A DNA stretch of 64,000 nucleotides, from the NCBI RefSeq assembly GCF_020745735.1, contig NW_026867603.1, positions 1,798,001 to 1,862,000 on the forward strand. Reading direction: 5' to 3'. A program made the translations under genes and the position numbers. Numbering within the stretch: position 1 is the stretch's first letter; each line of letters starts with the position of its first letter. Under the pieces are notes generated by a model, which searched no databases, was not told the DNA's origin, and worked only from the letters and a program-made list of their open reading frames with translations. Source of the DNA: Hemiscyllium ocellatum. Lineage: Eukaryota. Below, one piece after another: positions 14,190-26,979 of this stretch.

Positions 14190-14880
14190 TAGCGTCGAGA
14201 GTGTGGTGCTGTAAAATCACAGCAGATCAGCCAGTATGCCAGGAGCAGGAGTGTTGACGGATTGTGCAAAGAGGAATGAGACTGTGAGCCGAGGAGGTCT
14301 GAGAGAAATCGGAACGGGCTCCGGGAAGATATCTGAGAGTGTAATAGATGAATCGAGGTGGGGGTAATGATGATAAGTCGGTGAGGAGGATGATGTGGAT
14401 AGGTGGGAAAGAAGTTGAACAGATAGGACAGCTCATGAGGTGAGTGCCGAGTTGTAAGGTGAGATCTAATACAAGGTGGGGGGTGGGGGGAAGGGAAATA
14501 ACGAAGCTAGTGAAAGCTGCATTGAAATCGTGGGATTGGACTGTCCTGAGGCGGAAGATGAGGCGTTCTTCCTTAAATTCCTTAAGGAGTCGGGTGTTTA
14601 GGTCGTGGTGATGAAGGAGAATCAGACCCTGCATGCTTTGGCGAAATGAAGGTGATTTGTAGTGTTCAGCTAAGGGGCGGTGGGGGTAGTTGGCGTGGAC
14701 GTCTGAGAGATATTCTTTGAAGCGCTCTATGAGTAGGTGTCCAACTCATCGGCACGTGTGGAACTGCAGGTGAAATACCGATGCTTGTGGAAAGCTCCTG
14801 ATGCGAAGATTCTGCCTGACTTGCTGTGCGTTTCTAGAACCACACTCTCGACTCTAATCTGCAGTCCTCACTTTCACTCA
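14190..14880 (-). mobile_element. Old Penelope 3' fragment
   Basis: 'KEERLIFRLRTVQSHDFN' matches the PLE C-terminus 'EEERLIFRLGTLQPQGMN'. Confidence 0.75.
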
Positions 14881-16129
14881 GCAGACTTAGTGATAAGTCT
14901 GGAAACAGAAACAGAGTGATACTGCTTCAAATCGGCAAATAATTGGAAAAACGAAATTACAGAAGCAACAACACTTGCAAAATCTTCCCTCCACACTTTC
15001 CACACCTGTCAAAAACAACGAGAAATGTTCGGGCCTGGGATATCTTCTTAAAATATTTTGAGGGTGTCTGGTATGATCTATGACAATCAGCATTTGACTT
15101 GTTCTCATTCAGTCCAATATACTTCTGTCATTTCTGCTCATCATGCAGACTGTTTCCATTGACGAGACAAAACAGAGTCTGCCTTGAGGAACGGTTGCAC
15201 TCTTTATGTAGGAGCAATAGTGACATTGTAAGCGCTTCCAATTTCAATAACCTACCGCCGCCCATGGTAACATTTCTGTCCTGTCTTTTGCAATGTTCCG
15301 ATGAAGCACAACCCAAGCTCTAGTTACACCTGATTTTACACTTCGAAGTTTTAGAGTCTGTAGGATGTAATATTCAATTCAATGGCTTCTCACCCTGCTC
15401 TCAGCACGACTGTTCTCCACTTTTAATACATTCTCCCTCCGACCCTCATTGTGTGCTGATAATCTCAATAGTGAGAACAAATTCTCTCAATTCACACGTT
15501 AATTTGTGACCTTTTGCATCTGCTTCGCTTTCACGACTATTCAACGCCTGTTAACCCTTTAACTGCACCGCTACACTCTATGTTTCCAATCAAGCCTCCT
15601 CCACCGCTGTCAAGATATTACAAAGCACGTTCTTCCTTAATGTACAGCGCTGGGTATCGAAAAAGGAATGGGAAAAGTACTTCCTCTCGATCCTGTCGCG
15701 GCCTCCTTCCTAACATCTGAAAGCTTGTGTTATCCTTTGCAGAGATTTCCCACAGACTACACAGAAATATCAGGAAAGGATCTAGGCCATTCAACCCATT
15801 AAAACTGCCTATTCTAGTCAATGACCGAAAATCTAATCAATGCGCCATTCCCACACATTGAGTGTACCCATAAAAGTGATTAACCGTTGGAAAAAAAAGC
15901 ATGAAATAGTAAATACAAAATCCCTTCGGTGCATGGGGTTTGGTCTATTTCAGTTTAATTTTGGCTGATCTATTTTCACACCATAGCACTGCTCTATCCC
16001 TTTAATAGGTAAAAACCTGCATTTATATTCAACGTCTTGACTTCCAGAACCTAAAGTGTACTCAATATGTAGATAGGCCGAAAGCAGTGTTTTTTTTTCT
16101 TTTTGCTTGGCTACGTACCGATCTGGTGT

Positions 16130-18540
16130 CAGATCGCTCGGTGGAAGAGCATTTAGGTGACAGTGATCGCATATCCCTGACCTTTACCTAGGTATGGAGA
16201 GGCATTTAGTGCAGATGGTATGGGGAAGTACTTAATTGGGTTTTGGAGAATGACAATATGCTTACGCAGGAACTGGGGCCGTCTAAATTGAGAACATATG
16301 TTCTCAGGAAATGCAAGCAGAAATGTGGAGGTTGTTTATGGAGCACTTGTTGACAGCGCTGGACACGGTTTGCCCTCTGTGATAAGGAAGTGATGGTTGG
16401 GTAAAAGGACTTTGGCTGGGCAGGGATGTATAACATCTATTCACGAGGAAGAAGGAATCTTACTTAAGGTTGAGGAAACAGGATCAGACAGGGTTCTAGA
16501 CGGTTACATGATACTCAGAAAGGTACTGAAGAATGGACTGAGGAGAATTGGAAAGCTGCATGGAAAAAGCTTGAGCGATCAAGATTACGAAAAGCCTTAA
16601 AGCACTCTACAACCGTTTAAGGAACAAGGAGATGACCGGAGTAGGGGTAAGTCCCATCATGACGACTAGAGAAAACTTGTGCTTGGAGTAAGGGGGAGGT
16701 AGTGAACGTTTTAATGAATGCTTTGCTTCAGTATTCACTGCTGAGAGGTACCTTGTCACTTGTGAGAACAGCTTGATGCAGGCTGATAAGCTGAAAAAGG
16801 TTGATGTTGATATGGAGGATGTGGTGAAATGTTTGAATAGCATAGGGAAACGTAAGTCTCCTTTGCCATAGGAAATATATATGACGTTATTATGGGAAGC
16901 AAGGGAAGAGATTGCTGCGCCTTTGGCCATGATCCTTGTGTGTCTACTATCCACTGGACTGGTGCCCGATGCTTGCAGGGTGGCAAATCTTATTTCCCTG
17001 TTCAGGAAAGGTAATAGGGACAATCCTGGGACTTATACAGCAGTCGGTCTTTTAGCTGCAGTTGATAACTTACTGGAATGGATGCTGAGAGACAGGATTT
17101 ATGTAAAAATAGTTTGAATAGAAATAGTCAGCATGGCTTTGTGAGCGGAAGATAACACCTCACAAGCCTTATTGAATTCATCAACGATCTGGCAAAATGC
17201 GGCTTTAACGAAGGTTACGCAGTGAATGTGGTGTGCATGAAGTTTATCAAGTTGATAAGGATCTAGGGGAAAATGAGGACTGCAGATGCTGAAGATCAGA
17301 GTCGAAAAGATCATGGTGCTGGAAAGGCACAGCCGGTTAGGAAGTATACAAAGAGCAGCAGAGTCGATGTTTGGAGCATCGGCTGTTTATCAGGAATGAA
17401 AAGGTTCCCTGTGGTATGCCTATTCATAACGTAAGGCGGCACAGGATAGAGGGAAATGTGGCTTTCTGGATTCAGCATTGGCTGGCTCACAGAAGATAGA
17501 AGATGATCGTAGCTGGAAAGTTTCAGCCTGGAGCTCGTTGAGGAGGGTTGTTCAGCAGAGATCTGTTCTTATGATCTCTGCTCTTTTTTCTTTGTTTGGA
17601 CAAATGACTTGGACAAGAAAGTGGAATGGTGGGTCAGTTATTGTATTGATGGCACGGAGGTTGGTGGAGTGAAGTATAATATGAAGGAGAGTTTTAGGTT
17701 ACAACAGTACGTGGACAGGTTGCAGAACTGGGTTGGTATGTGGCAGATGGAGTTCGACCTGGAAAAAGATTCATGCAATCTATTTTGAAAGGTCGGTTTG
17801 AATGCACAACACAGGGTTGGAAATAAGATTCCTGGCAGTCTGGAGGACCAGATGGATCGTGGGTTTTATGCCCATAGTTCCCTCAAAGTTTCCATCTATG
17901 TTGACAGGCTTATTATACAGGTTTGTTGCGCATTGGCTTTCTGTAGCAGGGGGGTTTATTCTAAGAGATGCGAGGATATGCTACAGTTCTCTAGGGCTTT
18001 GTGTAGACCACCGTTGGAATATTATGTTCAATTCTGTTCGCCTCATTATGGGAAAGACCTGGAAGCTTCAGAGAGGGTGTAAAGGAGATTTACCAGTATG
18101 CAGCATGTCTTATTTAGAAAGATTGAGGGAGCAAATGTTTTTCTCACTGGAGAGAAGAAGGATGAGGCTGCTTTCGTCGAGTTGTATAAGATGATGAGAG
18201 GGAAAGATTAAGTGAATTTTCCGAGACTTCTTCGCAAGGGCAGAAATGGCTATCAGGAGGATTCAGAATGTTAAGGTGATTGGAGGAAGATTTCGAGGAG
18301 ATGTCAGAGATCGATTATTTACACAGAAAGTAGTGGATTGTGAGGAATGTATTCTGTCAATCGTAGTAGAGTAAGATACATTAGGGCCATTTAAGCGAAT
18401 CTTGGATAGGTGCATGGATGCTAGTGAAATGCAACTCATGTTTTGATCATAGAGTAACACAAAAATTTCGGCACAACATCAGGGGCCGAGCAGCCTGTAC
18501 ACTGCCCAACTCTTCTATTTCTATGCTCTATGTTCTAACG
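16130..18540 (+). mobile_element. Decayed CR1 ORF2 and 3'UTR
   Basis: 'LLWEAREEIAAPLA..VPDACRVANLISLFRKGNRDNPG', 'PPLEYYVQFCSPHY'; (TTCTATG)-like tail at ~18512-18536; PLE tail inserted at ~17270-17400. Confidence 0.88.
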
Positions 18541-18688
18541 TCCTCGAGAAATCCCAGATTTAACACTCTTCGTGTGAAGACATTTTTCCCATCTCAATGC
18601 AGAATGGTCTGCCTGTACGGATTAACGTGGCTGAAAATGTGTTGCTGGTTAAAGCGCAGCAGGTCAGGCAGCATCCAAGGAGCAGGAG

Positions 18689-18724
18689 ATTCGACTTTTC
18701 GGGCTAAAGCCCTTCATCAGGAAT
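18689..18724 (-). ncRNA. Minimal hammerhead motif (stem III variant)
   Basis: AUUC-CUGAUGA-A-GGGC-UUUA-GCCC-GAAA-AGUC-GAAU; a mutated partner lies on the + strand at 18722-18757. Confidence 0.65.
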
Positions 18725-18836
18725 CCTGATAAAGGCCTTTAGCCCGAAACATCGAATCTCCAGCTCCTTGGATGCTGCCTCACCTGCTGCGCTTTAACCA
18801 GCATCGCATTTTCAGCTCTGATCTCCAGCATCTGTA

Positions 18837-19470
18837 CATAGAACATAGAAAAATACAGCGCAGTACGGGCCCTTCGGCCCTCGATGTTGCGCCGACCAAA
18901 TCCTACCTAACCTACACAAGCCCAATAACTTCCATATGCCTATCCAATGCCTGCTTAAATGACCATAAAGTGGGAAAGTTCACCACTGCTACTGGCAGGG
19001 CATTCCATGAACTCACAACCCGCTGAGTAAAGAATCTACCCCTAACATCTGTCCTATACCTACCACCCCTAAATTTAAAGCTGTGTCCCCTAGTAACAGC
19101 TGACTCCATTAGCGGTAAAAGGTTCTCAGTGTCTACCCTATCTAAACCCCTAATCATCTTATACACCTCTATCAAATCTCCCCTAAACCTTCTTTTCTCC
19201 AATGAGAACAGGCCCAAGTGCCTCAGCCTTTCCTCATACGATCTTCCTACCATGCCAGGCAACATCCTGGTAAACCTCCTCTGCACTCGTTCCAATGCCT
19301 CCACATCCTTCCTATAGTATGGCAACCAAAACTGCACACAATACTCCAGATGAGGCCACACCAGAGTCTTATACAACTGCAACATGACCTCAGGACTCCG
19401 GAACTCAATTCCTCTACCAATAAAGCCCAGTACACCATATGCCTTCCTCACAGCACTATTTACCTGGGTA
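18837..19470 (-). mobile_element. Young 5'-truncated CR1
   Basis: Open ORF2 C-terminus 18912-19478; (CATAGAA)n tail; near-identical to 41849-42767. Confidence 0.95.
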
Positions 19471-19732
19471 GACCTCACTTTTTACTCGGATTAACGTGGC
19501 TCCTTGTTTCGAAGTCCCAGCCAGGTGAATTATCATTATTGCTTCCAATTTGTCTCGCCCAGCCAGTGTTTATATGTACCACTGTTATTTCCACTTATTT
19601 TCCTCATGGAACATCGGCCAAGCCGACACAAATGTTGCTCACCCAACAAGCATGCCGTCCCAGAAATCAGTCTGTTCATCCTTCGTTGCACTCCTTCAGG
19701 CTTGTTTTCTTTTAACCAGGCAAGGAGACACA

Positions 19733-20045
19733 GTGGCACGGTGGCACAGTGGTTAGCACTGCTGCCTCACAGCGCCTGTAGACCCGGGTTCAATTCCCGA
19801 CTCAGGCGACTGACTGTGTGGAGTTTGCACGTTCTCCCGTGTCTGCGTGGGTTTCCTCCGGGTGCTCCGGTTTCCTCCCACAGTCCAAAGATGTGCGGGT
19901 CAGGTGAATTGGCCAAGCTAAATTGCCCGTAGTGTTAGGTAAGGGGTAATGTAGGGGTATGGGTGGGTTTCGCTTCGGCGGGTCGGTGTGGACTTGTTGG
20001 GCCGAAGGGCCTGTTTCCACACTGTAAGTCTAATCTAATCTAATC
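19733..20045 (+). mobile_element. HE1/V-SINE, full length, young
   Basis: A and B boxes, (CTAAT)n tail. Confidence 0.95.
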
Positions 20046-20830
20046 AAAAAAAACTGTGCACAGTACAGCACAATGATCGAGATGGAATCTTATCAAGACT
20101 TTGTGCAGCTACATTAAGATATCCTTACTCCTGCACTTAAATCCCCTTGAAATGAAGCACAACACAGCATTTATCTTGCTCACTGCAATCTGATCAGACA
20201 ATACTGCTTTCAGTGAGTTGACAGGTCGTTGTGCACTGGTCAGGATGCTAATGCCCATTCCCGCAGTGACGTCAGGATTCAAACGTCACTGCCTTGCATG
20301 GACTTCCAGACAGTCCCAAGGTGCGGACCTCGAGTAAGTCCAAAGATCTGTGCAGAAGCAAACGACAATAACAAAAAAAAAGCCTAAGTGCAATAATTCA
20401 ACCTTTTTTTGGAAAAAAAGGACCTTTTTCAAAAGAAAGGGTGCCGTTCTGCTTTCCCTCGAAAGGGAAAACGTCTGACCTACTCACTTTGCCTTTCATG
20501 TATCATTTAATTCTCCATTCACTCAATATAAGTTAATCACATTTCAGCTTTCTTGCATCCATCTCACTAATTACTCTCTAACATAGTTTACTGCTGTCGG
20601 CAGACTTGGACATATCGCTTTCATTTCCCTGAACTAAAATGTTTGATTTCTATGTGAATGGCTGTGTTCCAAACACTGAAACCTGTGATATCCCAAAGTC
20701 TTCCAGTCCAAACAAAATTATTTAATTTGTATTTTGATACAAAAAACTGGTAGAAATGGGCAGTTCTGCTGGAGCACATTCACTCCAACCTATTTTCTTT
20801 CTTTTAGTGTTGTACCTTACATTTGCTAAT

Positions 20831-20865
20831 CACCTGATGAAGGAGCAGAGCTCCGAAAGCTAGTG
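20831..20865 (+). ncRNA. Minimal hammerhead ribozyme in a solo PLE terminus (~20831-20912)
   Basis: CAC-CUGAUGA-A-GGAGC-AGA-GCUCC-GAAA-GCUA-GUG; same family as 44007-44092. Confidence 0.8.
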
Positions 20866-23060
20866 TGCTTCCAATTACACCTGTTGGACTGCAACCTGCG
20901 ATTTTTAACCTTCTTCTATTGAGTTATTTCTATTGTCATACGTTTTGTTGGCAAACCCTGAGAGGAGGGACCAGACTGCAGACCTCGAACCCGACTCAGA
21001 CCACAGACATCGTGCAGTCTCGATCCAGGACTAACACAGTTCACGAACCAACCTGAGGGGGAAAACATTGAGCAAGGTCCAAATTGTTGGTCTCGAGCTG
21101 GATCCAGAGAGCAGAGTTCAAGCGGGTGTAACCTGACCCAGTCCCAGGGAGCAGCCCTCTAGCTGGGCCCAGGAAGCAGCCATTGAGCCACGCCCCAGGT
21201 TGCAGACCTTGACCAGACCCAGGAAAGATACTGCACGCTGGAATAATCAAAGGCCACGATCAGGCCATTGAGCAGGAAACAGTGAGTGCTGACTTACGTT
21301 CCTTGAACAAGTACAGGGCCTGCAATCTGCAGCTGCAATAGTGATAGAAGCAATATCGGAGAGGTTGGCCCACTGACAAAAGATGGTATTTGTGGAACAT
21401 TGACTTCATTGTGGTTGGGTCCAGTGCTACTGGTGGTGAAGAGATTGTGGAATATATTACAGCATTATAGATGAGGTTCGCACAGTGACAAGAGACACGA
21501 ATCTGACATTGCTGTGACTGGTGGAAGCGTGTCAAGATGGTGCCTGAGGTGTATAGGCCCAAGCAGCAACGATGACGCTGTATGACCAGCAACTTCGATC
21601 TTGGTTAGGCCCAGTGAAGACCAACTGGTGAAGTGGTGATGGTGAAATGCTGGCAAAAGCGTTGATGGTGAGGAGGAGTCTCCAGACTGTTGGATTCTCT
21701 TCAAGCAGTATATTCCTTCGTGTCCCCATATTCGGAAGTTATTCAAAGTGGTGCTGTTTAATGGCGACAATTTCAATTTATTTTGTTGTATTTTTTCGTA
21801 AGAATACACATAAAAGTAAGATCAAAATCAAAACCTTGACACATTGTTTCCTGTCAACTCTCCCTTTCTGTTACCATGTATATACATTGTCCCCAATCCC
21901 ACAAGATTTGACTGTGCACACGACGCTTGCAACTTTATTTAAAATATTTCTGAAAATCGAAATGCATTGCACCCGTTGTTCCATAATTTGTGTTCTAGTC
22001 GGTTTCTGAAATGCGATTCCCATTTTATAAAAAACCATTGGTTTTTATGTGTGCCCACTAATTTTACTCGCAATACTTTCTTCAAACTATTTACCTACTA
22101 TATCAATTCTATGCCTTTTTTTTCTTCTCAGTCTTCGGATTCCTAGCAGTGCTGTACTTGACTACATCTCTGCGTTAGTCAAACCTCTCTGTGTGACTTT
22201 TCTGTTTCACTGCGATCACTTCATGTTCTTTGATTTGTCAGAGAATACAGGCCGAGTGTTCACATCAGACAAAGTTACATCTGATGGATTAATCTGGAGA
22301 ATCTTCTTTGCACTGCCTCGTGGTCATTTTTTTGTTTTGTTTTGTATTGTTCAGTGAAGACAGAACTGAAGTAGTTGCTTAACAACTATGCCATTAACCT
22401 GTTTTCCATTCTCTGTTTAAAGGCTAGAAGGAAGCTGCACTTCGTTTCTCCAACCTTTGACTTTGACAAACGGTTAAAAGCTGTCACAGTTCACAGTTAC
22501 AATTTGTTCTGCAGAAACCCAATAATTCCTATGTTGTGCTGGACAATGATTGAGTTCCAAAATCATACAATCGTAGAAACACAGATTCAGCACTGTCAGA
22601 CGGACAGAAAAATCAGCATTAGTCTCATTTTCCCACACGACATGCAGAAATGTAAACACTTTGACACTTCAAATGCTTGTCCAAAAACATTTTAATGAAT
22701 GGCAGGTCGCCGCCCACAACTACTCTCTCAGACAGTGTATTTCAGACTCCCAGTAACCTCTGGGTGAAAACCATTCTTGTCATCCTCTCCACATCTCAAA
22801 CACTTTACTTTAGAAATGTTCTGTATTGTTCTTTGTCCGTTTGACTGAAAGGAAGTGTTACAGGCGATCCAATGACTTTGAGACAGTAAGGCCTGCAGAA
22901 GCTGGAAGCCAGAATGAATAGATGTGGAGCTGGAAAAACACAAGAAGTCAGACAACACTGTAAGAGCTGTGCAGTGAACATTTCAGACTTAAAGCCTTTG
23001 TTTCGGCCGGAAACGTTAAATTGCTTGGTCCTTGGATGATTTCTGACCTACTGTTTCTGA

Positions 23061-23365
23061 ATGGCACTGCTGCCTAACAGCGCCAGAGACCCGGGTTCAT
23101 TTGCCGCCTCAGGCAACTGTCTGGGTGGAGCTTGCATATTCTCTCTGTGTCTGCATGGGTTTCCTTCTGGTGCTCCGGTTTCCTCCCACAGTCCAAAAAT
23201 GTGCAGGTTAGGTGAATTGGCCATGCTAAATTGCCCGTAGTGTAAGGTGAAGGGGTAAATGTTGGGGAATGATCTGAGTGGGTTGCTCTTCGTAGGGGTG
23301 GTGTGGACTTGTTGGGCTGAAGGCCCTGTTTCCACACTGTAATTAATCTAATCTAATGTAATCTA
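23061..23365 (+). mobile_element. HE1/V-SINE, head slightly truncated
   Basis: Body and (TCTAA) tail. Confidence 0.88.
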
Positions 23366-23700
23366 AAAACGTTTCTATTTGACAGAAAGATTGGTCGAGT
23401 GTTTGGGATGCTTAGTAAGATGTAATCTTAGTGGAATATAACACAGCCCCCCACCGCTCCACATTCACATCGACACCACTTAAGAATACCACAAGTAATA
23501 AGTGACACAGCCCTGATCCCTGTAATACACCAGCGGCCTTTCGTCTCCAGATAAGCAAACAGCCCTCTACTCCCTCTCTGTCTTCCGCCACTCATGCAAT
23601 TTTGGATGCAAATTGCCAAACTACATTTATAACCAGGAGGTTTTTTAAAATCATTTTTTCATGTGGGGTGTTTTCAATGGCGTTGCTGAAACAACATTTG

Positions 23701-23955
23701 GTGGCCGCATGATGGCTCAGTGGTTAGCACTGCTGCCTCACAGCACCAGAGAGCTTGTTTAAATTCGTGCCTGTCTATGTGGAGTATGCACATTCTCCCC
23801 GTGTCTGTGCGAGTTTCCTCAAACAGTCCAAAGGTGTGCAAGCCAGGTGAATTGCCATGCTAAATTGCCCATAATGTTAGATACGTTAGTCAGAGTGTTG
23901 ATATGCCTGGTTGGGCTGTAGGGCCTGTTTCCACGCTGCAAGGAATCTAATCTAT
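23701..23955 (+). mobile_element. Older V-SINE copy
   Basis: A box TGGCTCAGTGGTTAGC, V-domain-like body, TCTAA tail. Confidence 0.8.
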
Positions 23956-26104
23956 TCAGAACATCTATTAAAACAGCAATGTTCTGTGTTTGAGCATCAG
24001 AACAGAGACAGCCACGTAGAGTCTGCTTTTCCACATAAATTTTTTAAAAATCTGCAGTCAGCTTCTAAACACAACCACAAGGCTCCCTGAGCTCAAACTG
24101 CATGACCCGTGTCACGTCGGCTGTGCCATATAATTATTTTGTGGTTCTGTATAAATCTTGGCCTTTGCCTATAATTTATGGGAAGCTACGTCTGCCTGCA
24201 TTGTGGTCAAATGTTTACGTATCTCAAAAAATCTTTTGTTCTAATAAACAACTTCTGATCTACTGAAATTGTTATTTTGGTGTTAGTTTACCTCCAAGAA
24301 TGAGAAATATGCAATAGAAATGTAATCCCAAGAGCCGTTCCCACTCTGGTCTGAAGCTGCAGTTGGTGTTGAAGGAAGTCACACTACTCTGTCAACAGCT
24401 CAGTGTTCAGCAGTGTTTCTTCACACTCTGGTCCTCGACGAAATGTAGCTTGGAAAGCTGTTGCTTGACCTCCCGTGGTTGATAGTGCAGATCAATTTCC
24501 CAACACATACTCAATTCCCGTTTTCAGAGTTTACCCTCTCTGCAGCATCTGCTCCATTTTTTTCTTCATGTTTCAGAACCAGGTGTTGTAACTCCAGGCC
24601 TCACGCTCAGTCCAGATTTGGATCACCAAATCCTCAGATTTCCTCAGCATACAACACACCGGGCAAGTAATCCTCCTCCTGCCCTAAACTTTCAATAACT
24701 GGAAAAGATAAAAAAAAACCCTGCGCTATAAATACGATGTCTGATCATTTGGAACAGTAGTTAAAGGCTTTCCTCGGATCATTGATTAGCTGAGTGGGAG
24801 AACCAAAGGCGTACAGTGGACAGCCACGTTTGGAAGGCATGTGTCAAAGGTGCACAAAACTCCTGTCTAACTTGGACAACTGCATGGGACACACTGGGAA
24901 CTGAATAACCGCTGAAGACACTGTTGCAATATTTTTGAGTGTGGAAGTACGTTTGTGTTACTGAAAGCCATTTTATTTGCAGCTTAAACTTAGCTAGGCT
25001 AAGAATCATTTATAATAGAAATGTGTAACGAGCAGCAAAAATACTTGTGTGACCTAAACCTATAAGGAATATCTATAAGAAAGAAAACATTCTTGATTTG
25101 AACAATGATTATCTGTGTTCGGTGCCCCTGCAACAATACAGCAGATTTAGATCTGTAAAACAATAATTATCAACTTGTAATTAATAGAACGACTATAAAT
25201 GCCTGCTAATTTCTGACTACGAGGAGAAGAATAGGGCTTAGCAAAAATAGGACCCATCCTTGATTACCTCCTTTTCTCAGCTCGTTTATTGTGCTTCCAT
25301 TTCTTAATTTAATGTATGGAATGTTGTTCAAACAATACTATAAATAAAACTTTTTTTACACACAAAGTTAAAATAATGACTCTGAGGAACAGTTTGACAA
25401 GACTGCCAAGTTATCCAAAGCAGTGCAAGTAGGATATCTGGTGGCTCTTTGGAGCATACAGTCCAGGCAAAGAAAGCAATTAGCTGAAATTCTTGAAAAT
25501 ATTCATAATCTATTGTACTTCAAAGCAGTCTTTACAACCTGCTTCCCATGATATACATCGTGAAGTAATGAAGTTGATCAATACTGAAGGTCTGATTCTG
25601 AGATTTTCTGCGACACTGTGTTTCACAATGCCAGTGCGTGATAAATGAGAGAGCCAAAAACAAGGTCAGAGCAAAGCACAGAGTGACAGATAGGTTTACA
25701 TTAAAGACAAAAACAGACAATTAATTCTGAGAACGTGTGGTGGAAATGTGAAGAAGGAGAACAGTGGAGTCGGGCTAACTAGATGAGTGAAGTCTTGGGA
25801 GGTCCAATCACAAGAATGAAAATATTCAATCAAGCAATGTCAGAACAGTTGAAATAGTTTGTCACATCAAATTCTGAATCTGCTTCAGGGAACCAGTCCA
25901 GAAAGCGTACAATGGGGCAACGTGACAGCGCAGCATAAAGACGTTTGCAGACTGTGCAGATGCACTTCTGCAACTGGACTGTCTGCCAAGGATGTAGAAC
26001 ATTGGGCGTCTTTGCACGAAATTTCTACAGACTTGCAATAGAAACTGCCTAGTATGGTGGAATATGCAGCCAATGCTGTGAGCACCTGAAAATTTTTGTG
26101 TCTA

Positions 26105-26260
26105 NNNNNNNNNNNNNNNNNNNNNNNNNNNNNNNNNNNNNNNNNNNNNNNNNNNNNNNNNNNNNNNNNNNNNNNNNNNNNNNNNNNNNNNNNNNNNNNN
26201 NNNNNNNNNNNNNNNNNNNNNNNNNNNNNNNNNNNNNNNNNNNNNNNNNNNNNNNNNNNN
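26105..26260. other. Assembly gap (156 N)
   Basis: Run of N. Confidence 1.
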
Positions 26261-26979
26261 GTCATTGTTTGAGCCACAGCACACATGGAATAGATCAGTT
26301 TAAATATGAACAACTGTCAAGGGTTTGCACAATCAATGGAGACGGTGGGACGTTTCATGGGCAGATATGATGCTTGGATTGAGAAGTTCAAAACAGAGGC
26401 ATTGTCAGACTCATTAACAATATCCTTCAATATGCACAGTAATGATGGTCGAAAAAAATTCATGTGAGTTCGGATACGCGCTGTGGGGTTTAGGTTTAGA
26501 TTTGCTTTTGCAGATTTGGAGCTTGGAATGTTAGCAGCAGATGATTTGCATCATTAAATTTAAATTCGATTTTAGATTATGAATGCATTAGAATTAAGAA
26601 TGTGTTTCATTAACCAAAATTAAGATTGTAGATGGGATGAGCGTATTCAGTATATTCCGGAGGACTGTGTACTCCTGGTATGATGTCAACTTATAGTCAA
26701 ATAAATCTCCACAGTTGTGACTCACCTGGATCTGCATCGGATATTGGCCAGGGATTGGATGCAATAAAGAAAGGAAAAGGAGTTTGTCACCAAAACAGAA
26801 GACAATGAAATCCATACTCCCATAATTTAAACAAACAAGGGTTGTGATACAATCATGTTTCAAATCTGAAACTGAGTGGGTGAACATCACAGGGTGGTTA
26901 AAAAAAATTGGCTCCCTTCGCTTCATTATTCTGTTTTTGATATTTGAAGTCCACAGTCATGTTGAGGTTGTACAGCACA

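Larger units (their letters stand above)
18633..19486. mobile_element. Palindromic Penelope-derived mini-element, interrupted by a CR1
   Basis: Inverted repeat 18630-18816; element tail resumes at 19471-19486; 15-bp direct repeat CGGATTAACGTGGCT at 18618-18632 and 19487-19501. Confidence 0.85.

Noticed and set aside
19733-19805. tRNA-like A and B boxes
   Set aside because: SINE head continuing into SINE body; not a tRNA gene
25000-25860. Possible hAT transposase remnant
   Set aside because: Only a vague 'THWHC' resemblance; no TIRs or catalytic motifs found
25885-26085. Minus-strand acceptor TTTTCAG next to the gap as GPCR exon 2
   Set aside because: No frame gives transmembrane or DRF-type GPCR motifs
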